64,000 nucleotides of DNA from positions 1 through 64,000 of the forward strand of contig JAGVWA010000002.1 in the NCBI GenBank assembly GCA_018304505.1, read 5' to 3'. Both the position numbers and the translations under genes were made by a program. This document shows, one piece after another, positions 28,891-39,034 of this stretch; position 1 is the stretch's first letter, and each line of letters starts with the position of its first letter. This DNA comes from Nanobdellati archaeon. Its GTDB lineage: Archaea > B1Sed10-29 > JAGVWA01. The notes beneath the pieces are model-generated. The model searched no databases. It was given only the letters and a program-made list of their open reading frames with translations, and was not told where the DNA came from.

Positions 28891-29369
28891 TCCTCTTCGT
28901 ACTCGTCACGCGGGCGCCTTCTTCTGCGCACGGGTGCAGCGCGTTTTCTTTCCTCTAATTCAAGAGCTCGGTCGATCTTTTCGTCAATCAAGTCGTTGAC
29001 CTGGTCTACAGTGACGTAGGCCACGGGGTTCATCTGGTTAACAATGTACTTTGTCTCATCAACAACCCCGCGCAGCTTTGACAGCTCCTTCTGATTCTGA
29101 TCGACAAGCCTCTGCAGTTCAGCCGCGTTTCCAGCACCCGCCGCACTGGCTGTCGCGGCCACTTGTTTCGTTGTAGCTGCCTCAGCTATCGCTTTTTCAA
29201 GGTCTTTGAGCATCTTATTATGGCTCACGAGGGTTTTGCCGATGATCTGCTCGTTCTTCTCGATGATCTTCATTCGCTGTGCAATGACCTGAATTTTAGA
29301 ATTAAGGGAACTCACTTCTCCTAATAAGGCTCCAACAGATGCGGGTTGCGCCATGTAATCATCGTGCAA
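28884..29369 (-). CDS. coiled-coil protein
   Basis: Two heptad segments and an Arg/acidic tail; start could be 29354. Confidence 0.75.
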   Translation of the reverse strand: MHDDYMAQPASVGALLGEVSSLNSKIQVIAQRMKIIEKNEQIIGKTLVSHNKMLKDLEKAIAEAATTKQVAATASAAGAGNAAELQRLVDQNQKELSKLRGVVDETKYIVNQMNPVAYVTVDQVNDLIDEKIDRALELEERKRAAPVRRRRRPRDEYEEDY

Positions 29370-29420
29370 AGTTTTAAATCAATCACGAGCCTTCTACATA
29401 TAAACCTTACTTCATAGTGA

Positions 29421-31763
29421 GTGGTGATTGGAATCAAGGCTTACATTTTGGATCTCAAGTCAGAAGGGGAAGACAAGATAAAGATGACGCTGCGTGACAA
29501 GTCTTTTCAGGAAGCCCATGACACCTTGCAGCCGTACTTTTACCTAGAGCCTGAAAAAAAGGGCCACAAGACGGACATAGAAAAGATCCCGGGCGTCATT
29601 AAAGTTGAGGATTACGAGGATTCGCTAGGCCAGAAGCTGCTGAAAATCACCGTGGATCATCCTGGCCGCATCCCGGAAATCAGGACCAAGATGCACGCTT
29701 ACGGCGTCAACAGGGAGCATGACATACCGTATCACTTTAGGTATCTAATCGATAAGGCCCTGCATGCGAACACGTATTACGATTTCGAATTGGACAACGG
29801 AATGGTCAAGGGTGCCAAAAAAACATCACTTGGCTCGCCGAAGTTGAACATGTGCGCCTTCGACATTGAGACCCATTCGGAAAAAGGTGTATTCCCCGAC
29901 CCGAAACGTGACCCCGTGTTGATGATCGCATACAAGGACGACAAAGAAGAAAAGGTGTTCTATTGGCAGGAAGGTAAAGGAACCGAGAAAGAAATGATAC
30001 TGGCCTTCATAGACAAGGTGAAGACGGAGGAAATCGACGTCCTGGTAGGCTATAACTCTGCGGGCTTCGATTTGCCATACTTGAAGGAGCGGGCCAAGAA
30101 GCTCGGTGTTGACTTCGATTTGTCAAGGGATGGGTCTGATCTGCACATAACAAAAGGCGCCTTCCCCAGGGCAACAATGTACGGCAGGATGCACATCGAT
30201 GCGTACAACGGCGTCGAGTTTCTCAGTTATATCGGCGCGCTGAGGCTGCCAAAAAACGACCTTGAATCAGTGTACAAAGCGTTCCTCGGAAAGGACAAAA
30301 TCGACATACACTACGATGACATCACAACGTTCTGGAAAGCGGGCGGCGAGAAACTTAAGAAGCTAATTCAGTACAACAAGGAAGACGCGCGCGCGGCATA
30401 CGAAATCGCCGAACGTTTACTGCCGTTGTATAACGAACTCAGCCGTCTTATCGGGCTGCCGATTTCTGACGTGTCCAGGATGAGCCCGAGCCAGATGGTG
30501 GAATGGTACTTGACGAGGAAGGCCTTCGAGCGCAACGAAGTCATACCAAGGAAGCCGAGCAGCGAGGAAATCAAAAAACGTCAGCAGAGGCCAATAGAAG
30601 GCGGTTTCGTGAAACTGCCAAAACGGGGGATACATGAGCACATTGCCGTGTGCGATTTCCGGTCATTGTACCCGAGCATCATCATTTCCCACAACCTCGA
30701 TGGCCACGCGCTCAACTGCAATGACTGCACGGAAAAGGAAAAGCACCACAGCCCAGCAGGCTACTCATTCTGCAGCAAAAAACAGGGCCTGATTCCACAG
30801 ATCCTCGAAGAGCTCATCAACGCGCGCATTGGGGCAAAGAAAGAAATGAAAAAACACAAGCAAGGAACGCATGACTACGATGTATTGCAGGCAAAACAGT
30901 GGGGACTCAAAATTTTGGCAAACTCAGTCTACGGCTACTTAAATTTTGCAATGGCGCGGTGGCACTCGCGTGAGGCGGCAGAGGCCACAACAAGCCTCGC
31001 CAGGTTCTACATCAAGGACACAATCGAAAAGGCTGAGAAGGCAGGCTTCGAAGTGCTTTATGCAGACACTGATTCGGCGTTCTTGCTATTGAAAAACAAA
31101 AGCGAAGTCAAAAGGGCAAAGGAGTTCATTGAAAAAATCAACAAGTCGCTCCCTGGATTGATGGAACTGGAATTCGAGGGATATTACCCAAGGGGCTTGT
31201 TTGTCACAAAGAAAGAAGGCGGTGCGGCAAAAAAACGATATGCTCTAATTAAGGAAGACGGCACCGTGGAGATAAAGGGCTTTGAATTCGTTAGAAGAGA
31301 CTGGAGCAACATTGCCAAGATAACACAAGAAAAGGTCATTAATGCAGTGCTGAAGGAAGGCAAGCCGGAAAAGGGCATCAAGATAGTCAAGGACGTCATC
31401 AAGGATCTGCGGGCCGGCAAGGTTTCTCTTGAGGATCTTGTAATATACACGCAGATAACCCGCCCGCTGTCGAGCTACGAGGCCATCGGCCCCCACGTCA
31501 GGGCAGCCCAGCGGCTTATCGAAAAAGGCGAAAAGATCAGGCCTGGCAGCGTTGTGGAATACATTGTGACAGAAGGGCCGGGCAACATTGGCGAGAAGTC
31601 CTGGCCCAAACAGCTGCTGGGAAACCGCAAGCCGGACATGGAGTACTACATCAAGAACCAGATCATCCCAAGCGTCATCAAAATACTGGCAGAGCTCGGC
31701 GTGACAGAAGATGAGTTAAGCAAGGATGAGAGGCAAAAATCGATAGCCCAGTGGTTCTCGTAA
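29421..31763 (+). CDS. polB: family B DNA polymerase with 3'-5' exonuclease
   Basis: FDIET, GYNSAGFD, DFRSLYPSII, KILANSVYGY, YADTDS, KKRY, KGFEFVRRDWS. Confidence 0.97.
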   Translation: MVIGIKAYILDLKSEGEDKIKMTLRDKSFQEAHDTLQPYFYLEPEKKGHKTDIEKIPGVIKVEDYEDSLGQKLLKITVDHPGRIPEIRTKMHAYGVNREHDIPYHFRYLIDKALHANTYYDFELDNGMVKGAKKTSLGSPKLNMCAFDIETHSEKGVFPDPKRDPVLMIAYKDDKEEKVFYWQEGKGTEKEMILAFIDKVKTEEIDVLVGYNSAGFDLPYLKERAKKLGVDFDLSRDGSDLHITKGAFPRATMYGRMHIDAYNGVEFLSYIGALRLPKNDLESVYKAFLGKDKIDIHYDDITTFWKAGGEKLKKLIQYNKEDARAAYEIAERLLPLYNELSRLIGLPISDVSRMSPSQMVEWYLTRKAFERNEVIPRKPSSEEIKKRQQRPIEGGFVKLPKRGIHEHIAVCDFRSLYPSIIISHNLDGHALNCNDCTEKEKHHSPAGYSFCSKKQGLIPQILEELINARIGAKKEMKKHKQGTHDYDVLQAKQWGLKILANSVYGYLNFAMARWHSREAAEATTSLARFYIKDTIEKAEKAGFEVLYADTDSAFLLLKNKSEVKRAKEFIEKINKSLPGLMELEFEGYYPRGLFVTKKEGGAAKKRYALIKEDGTVEIKGFEFVRRDWSNIAKITQEKVINAVLKEGKPEKGIKIVKDVIKDLRAGKVSLEDLVIYTQITRPLSSYEAIGPHVRAAQRLIEKGEKIRPGSVVEYIVTEGPGNIGEKSWPKQLLGNRKPDMEYYIKNQIIPSVIKILAELGVTEDELSKDERQKSIAQWFS

Positions 31764-31838
31764 TCAGGGCCACTACGCTGCCCGCCGGAAGGTATTTATT
31801 TGTAATAGGATTAGTCTTCTATCGTATCATAAAATTCC

Positions 31839-32096
31839 ATGATCATTCACTTAGAGCTTTATACGTATACTTCTTCTGATTTGCCTAAAAAGATAGCTAT
31901 ACGGGGCGATGGCAACTTCAATGTCCACGTGCAGTCCGTGGACGACTCATGGAGTGGTGCCATTAGCTTTAAGCCACGCAACAACAATGAGGTAATAAAA
32001 GTGGTTCCGCTTGGGCACCAACGTTATGACATTTACTGCGTGAACCCGTTTTATAGCGGGAGCTGTGATGTTAAGCAGGTGCGCTTTATTCGATAG
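31839..32096 (+). CDS. N-terminally truncated copy of the discoidin-like repeat domain (possible fragment)
   Basis: IRGDGNFNVH...DDSWS...YC.....SC..K matches the family; no signal peptide. Confidence 0.5.
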   Translation: MIIHLELYTYTSSDLPKKIAIRGDGNFNVHVQSVDDSWSGAISFKPRNNNEVIKVVPLGHQRYDIYCVNPFYSGSCDVKQVRFIR

Positions 32097-32138
32097 CGAA
32101 TGAAAAGAAAAACGAGACCGTCATTGGCTGTGGCGTTT

Positions 32139-32582
32139 TTAGTAGTCAATGACGTCGAGTTCTCGTAGTTTGCACTGGAAGTACTTGCTCGTGCACTTTA
32201 TGAAGAAACCAGTGATTTTCTTGTCGTCTTTAATCTTTGGTGTAACATAGACGCCGGATTTCCTCATCTCTACTGGCGTGGTTTCGCCGCTCGTGGTTCC
32301 GTCTTCGAAGCGTGTTATTGCCACAAACCACCCGCTGCCGCGGAGTTTGAGCTGGCGCACCCTGTGCCTTGGCTCGTCGAGTTTTATTTCTAGAATTTGT
32401 TTTCTTTTGGTTTGTATCTTTGAGTATGTGCTGATTTTGCCGTCTGAGATTGAAGGCGAGTACACGCTGTCGCCGGCAGTGGCTGTGTAGCCTACATCAA
32501 CTGCTAAGGCTGCGGGCACCATTAGTGTAACGGCCAGCAAAAATGCTAGTGCCCTAGTTGAGTTTAAGTTGAAATTTGTCAT
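32139..32582 (-). CDS. secreted discoidin-like domain protein
   Basis: Signal peptide (ALA/V); ISDG..T, LRGSGWFV, SGETTP, CTSKYFQC.LRE. Confidence 0.75.
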   Translation of the reverse strand: MTNFNLNSTRALAFLLAVTLMVPAALAVDVGYTATAGDSVYSPSISDGKISTYSKIQTKRKQILEIKLDEPRHRVRQLKLRGSGWFVAITRFEDGTTSGETTPVEMRKSGVYVTPKIKDDKKITGFFIKCTSKYFQCKLRELDVIDY

Positions 32583-32751
32583 CGAATCATCTTAAATATT
32601 TATTGCAATTCCGGTATATAAACCTATCGGTTTGGTTATGGTTGTGGGAGAAAAATGCTGTGCTGTGGGAAATTGGGTATGGAAAAAAGTGCCGTGGGGT
32701 GTTAAATGCTGTTGGTGGTCTTTGTTATTAGTGGTGTTGATTATCGTGTTG

Positions 32752-33369
32752 CTATGGGTATATCTCGAGCTCATATATAAAGCAGGGAAAGTACTTATTA
32801 GTGCACTTTATTTCAAATCCATAGTACTGGTATGGCGATAACCCGCTGCTTCCTGTCGCGTCGCGAATTGGTGGCACAATGTCTACCCCCCTCTTCTGGT
32901 TGGCCTTTACGGGTGTACTTTCGTAGCTTGTGGTAGAAATGCCTGCTCCCTTCGGTCTTTTAGCTGGATCACTTTTTTCATATTTTGATATGATAACAAA
33001 CCAGCCGCTGCCTTTTATCCTGACCTTGCTTACTGTCCTGACGGGATTAGTGGCGGGATTACTGAAGGCGATTGAGAGTGACGAACGTCTCTTCACCGAG
33101 AGCAGATACTTGGTGTTCATGTTTCCATCACTGACTGTACTCCGTTTGGCATCTCCCAGACCCCTAAAAACGTAACTTATGGAGCCAGCGGCAAAGCCCG
33201 GTGTGATGGGCTCTTCTTGGGCAAAAATCTGATTGTAAACACTGTCTATGGTTTCATCGGCGAAGCCTGTGGCAAATGCAGCGACAACGATGATGGCGAG
33301 GGCTGCTGTTATGAGTAGGGGTTTGTTTTGAAGGTATTTGGTTATTGTTGCACCCTTTTGTTTTCTCAT
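32752..33369 (-). CDS. membrane-anchored discoidin-like domain protein
   Basis: TM + GFADE...PGF; VSDG..T, IKGSGWFV, ESTP, CTNKYFPC.IYELEIYP. Confidence 0.75.
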   Translation of the reverse strand: MRKQKGATITKYLQNKPLLITAALAIIVVAAFATGFADETIDSVYNQIFAQEEPITPGFAAGSISYVFRGLGDAKRSTVSDGNMNTKYLLSVKRRSSLSIAFSNPATNPVRTVSKVRIKGSGWFVIISKYEKSDPAKRPKGAGISTTSYESTPVKANQKRGVDIVPPIRDATGSSGLSPYQYYGFEIKCTNKYFPCFIYELEIYP

Positions 33370-33482
33370 ACAAAAAGATAAGTCACTGTGGTATTTATAC
33401 GTTGCCGTTGTGGCCCTGCAACATGGGGCCGAACAAGTAACTATTAATAATGGTCGCGAGTATGTTTATAAAGAGGATGTGC

Positions 33483-34370
33483 ATGGAAGACGCAGAGAAG
33501 AAACTCGTCTTTAATCATAGCGAGACAAGGGGCCAGGGCTCAATGGAGTACCTGTTCATCATCGCAGGCGTTTTAGCAGTAGCTGCAATCGCTGTCTTGT
33601 TTTTGACAAGCGCGGGATCAGGGGCTGCACAGCAGCAACTAATCACGAATTGCGTCACTTCGGCCACAACATGCCAGGCTGCACAGCTCGCGAGTCCGGG
33701 AACAACGTGCCTTTCATCATGCGCAAGGTCATGCAGTGACCCCAGAACGGGGATTGATCTGATGTCCAAGGATTCGGTTTTTGACATCCAAAGAAACAGG
33801 CCTGTTGCGTGCCCCCCGGGTTCGGCGTGCAGCCTTTGCGGGCTTGGAAAATCGGATTTAGTTGTAACAGCACTAGCAGGGAACAAGCAGGTCGCGGTGC
33901 TGTCACCCCTGGTGCCGGAAAGCATCGGCCAAAACCAGCGTACTGCGGTCTCGTGCAACACTAGAATAAGGCAGGTCATGTATCCCCTGCAAGGCGACAG
34001 GTATTTGCTTTACTACACCGTGGAAATACAAGGAAGAACACCCTTGGTTGATTTTTATGTCATTGAAAACAAGCCCGCGTCGTTCAATGGCCAATGTGTA
34101 GGAATAAACCCGACACAGGCCTACGGCAGCGTCCTGAATTTTATGAGCAACTATGAACAGCAAGAGGCCTGCGTAACAGAATTAGCCGGGCAAAACCCCC
34201 AAAATCCCTTTGCCCCGATACTGGTTTCAACAGCGCAGGCAAACAACCCCGCGGGCGCTATGGTAAATCTTGATGAAGCAAACCTCGAATTCACGGTGCT
34301 GTACTTCACCCCGGGTTTTGAGCAGGACCTGTCAGATTCAACGCTCGGGTTAGTCATTGGCGGCCGCTGA
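33483..34370 (+). CDS. pilin with class III signal peptide and Cys-rich domain
   Basis: TRG/QGSMEYLFIIAGVLAVAAIAVL canonical archaeal pilin start; start codon uncertain (33450-33483). Confidence 0.85.
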   Translation: MEDAEKKLVFNHSETRGQGSMEYLFIIAGVLAVAAIAVLFLTSAGSGAAQQQLITNCVTSATTCQAAQLASPGTTCLSSCARSCSDPRTGIDLMSKDSVFDIQRNRPVACPPGSACSLCGLGKSDLVVTALAGNKQVAVLSPLVPESIGQNQRTAVSCNTRIRQVMYPLQGDRYLLYYTVEIQGRTPLVDFYVIENKPASFNGQCVGINPTQAYGSVLNFMSNYEQQEACVTELAGQNPQNPFAPILVSTAQANNPAGAMVNLDEANLEFTVLYFTPGFEQDLSDSTLGLVIGGR

Positions 34371-34530
34371 CACCACTGCCACGGGGCCGTTGTCAGCTGC
34401 CATAGTGACGCTGTCAGCTGCTATGGCATGATATTGTAGGCCCGCGGAAAGGTTTTAGAAAGGTTTATATATGTATGCTGGTTTGTTATAAAAATAAGGT
34501 TCCAAAGGCCAAATAAGCAGAGGTGAAAAA

Positions 34531-35337
34531 ATGGACTTAAGTTCGACTAACACAAAGATCATCATAGGGGTTTTAGTAGTGGCTGTTTTAGGAGGATACT
34601 ATTTATTCTTTGATACAAGTACAACACCCGGGACTATTGAGGAGGCCACCATAGTTGGGCCACTGTCGGAGGATACAATCGGGCCCGGCTTTGCACCCAC
34701 AACATCTTTTGTTAATTTAACATCTGGCCAAACCGGAACAGCGCCAGGTGGTGTCTCAGTAACCTTCAGGGCGGGTTCAAAAGTAGGGACGACACTCTAC
34801 GCAACTTTCGATGTTGGAAGGGTATTGAGTGACGGAACAGCCTACAATTTCACAACTTATGCGATGTCGCTAAACCAATCGCATGTGAATGAAACCGCAG
34901 GGGTGACAGTATCTGTTGTCTCACTCGAAGAGATAAGCCAAGGTGTGTTTAATGTAATGGCAAGAATAAGTGTAAGCGAACTTAATGTAAGTGTAAGTGA
35001 AGTAAAATTGAAGTACTACAATACATTATCAGGAAACATTAACGATGGTTCTACAGCAACATACACGATAATGAGGAGCAGAACAGGTGTTGGCATCAAG
35101 CTGTTTACCAATTCCACTGTCAGTAAAATGACAATCAAGGGAAATGGCTACTTCAACGTGCACTCTAAGTTCACTGATGGGACATGGAGCAAAGCCTACG
35201 GCGCGCGCACAGACCCGAAAACATACGAAATCACGTTTACACCACCGTCAAAACCAGGGCAACTCATCAGCAACTTTGAGCTATGGTGCAGCTGGAGCAG
35301 CGCTTGCAGGATAAATGAATTGGAGATCTACAAGTAA
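34531..35337 (+). CDS. membrane-anchored protein with C-terminal discoidin-like domain
   Basis: GAGGTGA RBS; TM + PGF; INDG..T, IKGNGYFNVHS, DGTWS, CSWSSAC.INELEIY. Confidence 0.75.
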   Translation: MDLSSTNTKIIIGVLVVAVLGGYYLFFDTSTTPGTIEEATIVGPLSEDTIGPGFAPTTSFVNLTSGQTGTAPGGVSVTFRAGSKVGTTLYATFDVGRVLSDGTAYNFTTYAMSLNQSHVNETAGVTVSVVSLEEISQGVFNVMARISVSELNVSVSEVKLKYYNTLSGNINDGSTATYTIMRSRTGVGIKLFTNSTVSKMTIKGNGYFNVHSKFTDGTWSKAYGARTDPKTYEITFTPPSKPGQLISNFELWCSWSSACRINELEIYK

Positions 35338-35375
35338 GCACTAATAACCTATTTCGCAATTTGGGGAGATCATAA

Positions 35376-35894
35376 ATGCATAAACTGAATATAAAATCGA
35401 ACACCAAAATCATTATCGGGGCGATAATCGCTCTAGCACTAGTTGCTGGGGTCTTTGTTTATGTTGATTCAGGCTCAACGTCAACTGGTTTGACACCCGC
35501 GGAACTCGCGGACATAGAGGGGAAGTCTGCGCAGGAAGAATTGCGACCTGGCTATTATCTTAATCCGGGGCAGGTGCCGTACTATGGAGCACCAACAGCG
35601 ATCTCAGATCGGAACACGGGCACGATAACCATACTCCGAAGGCGAGAGGGGGTCAAGGCATTAATTCTTGGCGGGTATGGGGCTCCATCAGTTGCAAAAA
35701 TAAATGGATATGGTAGATTCAATGTTCATTCACTTTTCAGTGACGGGACTGCCAGCACTGCAGTAGTAGCAAGCGGGAGCGGTGATGTCACCCTGAAGAA
35801 AAAGTCAGGAACAACCATCAAAGGCGTTGAGTTATGGTGCCCTTCGTATTTTGGCAGCCCGTGTGGGATACGTGAACTTGAACTATACCAGTAG
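35376..35894 (+). CDS. membrane-anchored discoidin-like domain protein
   Basis: NTKIIIG TM shared with 34531; PGY; ISD...T, NGYGRFNVHS, CPSYFGSPC.IRELELY. Confidence 0.75.
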   Translation: MHKLNIKSNTKIIIGAIIALALVAGVFVYVDSGSTSTGLTPAELADIEGKSAQEELRPGYYLNPGQVPYYGAPTAISDRNTGTITILRRREGVKALILGGYGAPSVAKINGYGRFNVHSLFSDGTASTAVVASGSGDVTLKKKSGTTIKGVELWCPSYFGSPCGIRELELYQ

Positions 35895-35950
35895 CTTGCA
35901 ATGAGTTGCATAATCATCCTTCTAGTTGCATAGCTATTCACCCTGTGCTT

Positions 35951-36427
35951 TTACACCAAGCAAGGCCTGTACTGCTGCCGTTCTTGTAAGTAGTTCTGCA
36001 AGTGCGCAACACTAACTTCTGTAGTCTTGTCATCAAAATCAGTAATCACTATCCTGTCGCCATTCTCGAAAAACGGCAGCACCAGGGCGGTCTGCCACTC
36101 GTCAACGTTTTCAATGTCCCCGCCGGTTTCGAAACTTTCCCCGATTTGTATTGTCGGTACAGAAAATCGCTGCTCATAAAGCACATCTCCTGCAGTTGAC
36201 AAAACCTGTGCATTGTAACCCTGCAAAGCCCGCGGCGTCACGGACGCCTCTGCAACTGCCACGCCAGGAATCACTAAGCCAGACCCTGTTTTTTCCAAGC
36301 CCACGATGTATGATGCAGCGGGCGGGCTGGTTTGTGAAAAACCAAGCGACATCGACGCAACAATAAGCGACGCGGCCGCGAGAGCCAATATTACCAGCGA
36401 TGCGTTATTTAGCCATTGTTTTCTCAA
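35951..36427 (-). CDS. secreted protein, possible stand-alone accessory domain of the M64 peptidase
   Basis: Signal peptide; Y..QVL...G.VLY...F..P...LVLPF.....I.I.D; coupled to the peptidase stop. Confidence 0.55.
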   Translation of the reverse strand: MRKQWLNNASLVILALAAASLIVASMSLGFSQTSPPAASYIVGLEKTGSGLVIPGVAVAEASVTPRALQGYNAQVLSTAGDVLYEQRFSVPTIQIGESFETGGDIENVDEWQTALVLPFFENGDRIVITDFDDKTTEVSVAHLQNYLQERQQYRPCLV

Positions 36428-38205
36428 GCATATCCCTCCAAGAGTTTTTCGAGTGCAGCAAAGCTCGGCGCGTCGAACTTCACCGTAACAAGTTCCGTTG
36501 TTTCATTCAGGGTCTGCCTTTGCGGCAGTTCCGCGCCCTCCATTAGCGATTCCCCAATCTCAGGGTTGTACTCTGCTGGTCGGTACCAGTCGCTGTACAT
36601 GCAACCTTCGCGGCCATACTTGTCAGTGCTGTAGCAGCCAGTGCCAGGAATGTCATTCCATTTATCGCAACCCATTGGCGCACAATTCGGGGCATCTTTT
36701 AGCCTGCCGTCGCTGGGAAACCCGTATGAGTACTGGTCTGCAAGGTTTATCTGTTCAGGTCCAAAGGAGTGGCCGAACTCATGTAATGAAATTTCAGGGT
36801 ACATTGCTGATGCATAAGCATGCGGATTCGCGGTGCCGGCTTGGTTGGGGGTGTTCATTAACACAATGATCTCCTCATAGGGGCATATGCTAGCGATCCT
36901 GGAAATGGCCTCGTCGTTGCATTTTATTGTGCCACTGCTTTCTATGCAGTCAAGGCCAGCGCCCGACAAAACCGTGTGGATGTTGATCTTGCCCGCGTTT
37001 TTCTTAAACGGCTCAACACTAACTAAATGGTCTGCGTGTATTTTCGCGTGCTGTTCAAATAGCGCGGCATTGGCGTATTTGTCGCCAAGGAAAACAATGT
37101 CTAGTGGATTGCTTCCTGTGCCCTGGTGCAGCGTTACGCATTCCAGTTCGTTTATTGTAAATGACACGGAATCGCTTTGTTTGGTGTTTCCTTCTCGGTC
37201 TCTGGCTTCTATAATCATGTGTTTATCCCCAACAGTTGCCTGCACAGAGTCAAAGGTTCCAAGGTACAGGCACTTGCCTGCTTTTTCTGATCCATCGATG
37301 GCTTTGCTGCGTTCCATTCTCACGTCAAACGTGCCGATTTTGGCGGTAACTGCAGGTACTGAGACGCATTCAGATTCCCCGGAGCTAGCTAAGTGTAAGA
37401 CCTCTGTTTGGAGGGTGAAGACCGTTCCTTTTGTACTAGAAGTAGGGTAGATCGAGGTGTCTTTGAACTGCGCGTTCGCCGCTATAAATGGGCTGGCCTG
37501 AAAACTTGTGAGCGCGAAATAAGCCACCACAGCAGCGGCAATTACCGCGGTGGCAATAAGGATTATCTTGATCGTCCTCTTTGCAGCGTCGCTCAGCAGC
37601 GGTTTCTTGACTTCCACTTCTGGGGCCTTTAGGGCCTCTGGAACAGGTGCAGGCATCTCGATTTCCGGCGCTGCTACTGGCACTGGCGCCGGTGCAGGTG
37701 TGGGTGTCGGTTGCGGTTCTGTTGGTGTGGGTGTCGGCTCGGGGGTTGGTTCTGGTGTTGGCTCGGTGGTTGGTTCTGGTGTTGGCTCGGGGGTTGGTTC
37801 TGGTGTTGGCTCGGGGGTTGGTTCTGGTGTGGGTTCTGGTTGTGGTGTTGGTTCTGTGGGTGTTGGTTCTGGGGTCGGGGGTTCCGGCGTCGGGGCTGTT
37901 AGTTCTGTTGGTGTCGGTTCTGTTGGGGTTGGTTCTGCTGGTTCCGGTTCTGTTGGGGTTGGTTCTGCTGGTGTGAGTTTTTCAGGGGGCTGTGGTTCTG
38001 GTTCTGTTGGTGTGGGTTCTGGCGTGGAGGGTGTCGGTTCTGGAGTCGGCGCTGACTCCGGTTCTGTTGGTGTTGGTGTGGGTTCTGTCGGTGTCGGCTC
38101 AATTAGCGTGGCTTCTGGCGTTGTAATCTCGCGCTGTTGCCCTTCCCGCGTTTTGGGTTTTTCTTTCTCGGCTTCATGTTCTGGCTTCTTTTTTTCGCCA
38201 CCCAT
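36424..38205 (-). CDS. membrane-anchored M64 (IgA-peptidase-like) zinc metallopeptidase with N-terminal Pro/Thr/Glu repeats
   Basis: [10 protein letters not shown]...EPF...[12 protein letters not shown]...LADQY, GC...YRP...SLM; start probably 38205. Confidence 0.85.
   Translation of the reverse strand: MGGEKKKPEHEAEKEKPKTREGQQREITTPEATLIEPTPTEPTPTPTEPESAPTPEPTPSTPEPTPTEPEPQPPEKLTPAEPTPTEPEPAEPTPTEPTPTELTAPTPEPPTPEPTPTEPTPQPEPTPEPTPEPTPEPTPEPTPEPTTEPTPEPTPEPTPTPTEPQPTPTPAPAPVPVAAPEIEMPAPVPEALKAPEVEVKKPLLSDAAKRTIKIILIATAVIAAAVVAYFALTSFQASPFIAANAQFKDTSIYPTSSTKGTVFTLQTEVLHLASSGESECVSVPAVTAKIGTFDVRMERSKAIDGSEKAGKCLYLGTFDSVQATVGDKHMIIEARDREGNTKQSDSVSFTINELECVTLHQGTGSNPLDIVFLGDKYANAALFEQHAKIHADHLVSVEPFKKNAGKINIHTVLSGAGLDCIESSGTIKCNDEAISRIASICPYEEIIVLMNTPNQAGTANPHAYASAMYPEISLHEFGHSFGPEQINLADQYSYGFPSDGRLKDAPNCAPMGCDKWNDIPGTGCYSTDKYGREGCMYSDWYRPAEYNPEIGESLMEGAELPQRQTLNETTELVTVKFDAPSFAALEKLLEGYA
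37690..38100 (-). repeat. intragenic low-complexity PEPT/PTPT tandem repeats
   Basis: 12/15/24-bp GGTTCTGGTGTT-type repeats. Confidence 0.9.
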
Positions 38206-38309
38206 GCGTAATGATAACCGTGTTTCATATATTAAAGTATACAAATCTGCATGGTACCCGCGCGTTTATATATGTTGAGCTGCTAATATGTTTTAGTTGG
38301 TTGAGTGTA

Positions 38310-38966
38310 ATGGCAAGTGCGGTACTTACTCAGGTTTTGGGGCACAAGAAGCCCGTAATAATCGTGGCATTTGCTTTGGTTCTGGCAGTGGTTTTTGTTA
38401 GCGGTTTTGCCGATGAGGCGATTCAGGATGTATCTCGCTCGATTTCAGATGCCTTCGAGCCAGAGGCTGCACTGACAGCCGGTCATGCACTTGGCACTAT
38501 TGATTATGAGGTATATATTTATCGTAGTTATGAGCAGTATTATTATTATAAAAACAAGGTTGAGGAGAAGGAACGGGATTACAATGCTCAATATAATATT
38601 ATTGATCACAACCTGAAAACTAAGATAAAACTCGAAAACCAGCGGCGAGAAATCCTTAGCCTCAATTTCAATAGAAGGAACACACTTAGCAAGGTCAGGA
38701 TAAAAGGCAGCGGCTGGTTTGTTGTTACGGCCCATTATTATCAATCCAATAGTGGGGCTGTAAAAGATCCGTCTTCAATTGATCGGCGTTTATTTACTCT
38801 TAGCGGCGAAACGACTCCTGTAAAGGCAAGCAAGAAAGGGGTAGATATTGACCCTGTACAAAACACAATTACGCCTGTGGGGGTGATATACTTTCAATCA
38901 GTCGAGGTTTATTGTACTAGTAAGTACTTTGACTGTACGATCTACGGCATAGAGATATACCCATGA
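38310..38966 (+). CDS. membrane-anchored discoidin-like domain protein
   Basis: TM + GFADE (paralog of 32752..33369); IKGSGWFV, SGETTP, CTSKYFDC.IYGIEIYP; ATG 38310 preferred. Confidence 0.75.
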   Translation: MASAVLTQVLGHKKPVIIVAFALVLAVVFVSGFADEAIQDVSRSISDAFEPEAALTAGHALGTIDYEVYIYRSYEQYYYYKNKVEEKERDYNAQYNIIDHNLKTKIKLENQRREILSLNFNRRNTLSKVRIKGSGWFVVTAHYYQSNSGAVKDPSSIDRRLFTLSGETTPVKASKKGVDIDPVQNTITPVGVIYFQSVEVYCTSKYFDCTIYGIEIYP

Positions 38967-39034
38967 AATGCCCACTCGTTAGGCACAGGCAAAGGTTTAT
39001 ATACCCAATTTGCAATAAATATTGAAGGTGATTT

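Noticed and set aside
29421-31763. Viral/casposon polymerase or intein
   Set aside because: Normal-length cellular-type PolB with continuous motifs; no Cas1, capsid or terminal repeats nearby
31765-33418. Roughly 13-bp inverted repeat CAGGGCCAC(T/A)ACG flanking three island genes
   Set aside because: Too short and imperfect to support an invertible segment without a recombinase or read evidence
37550-38278. 242-aa Gly/Val/Ser ORF on + (and other frames here)
   Set aside because: Antisense shadow of the PEPT repeats of the peptidase
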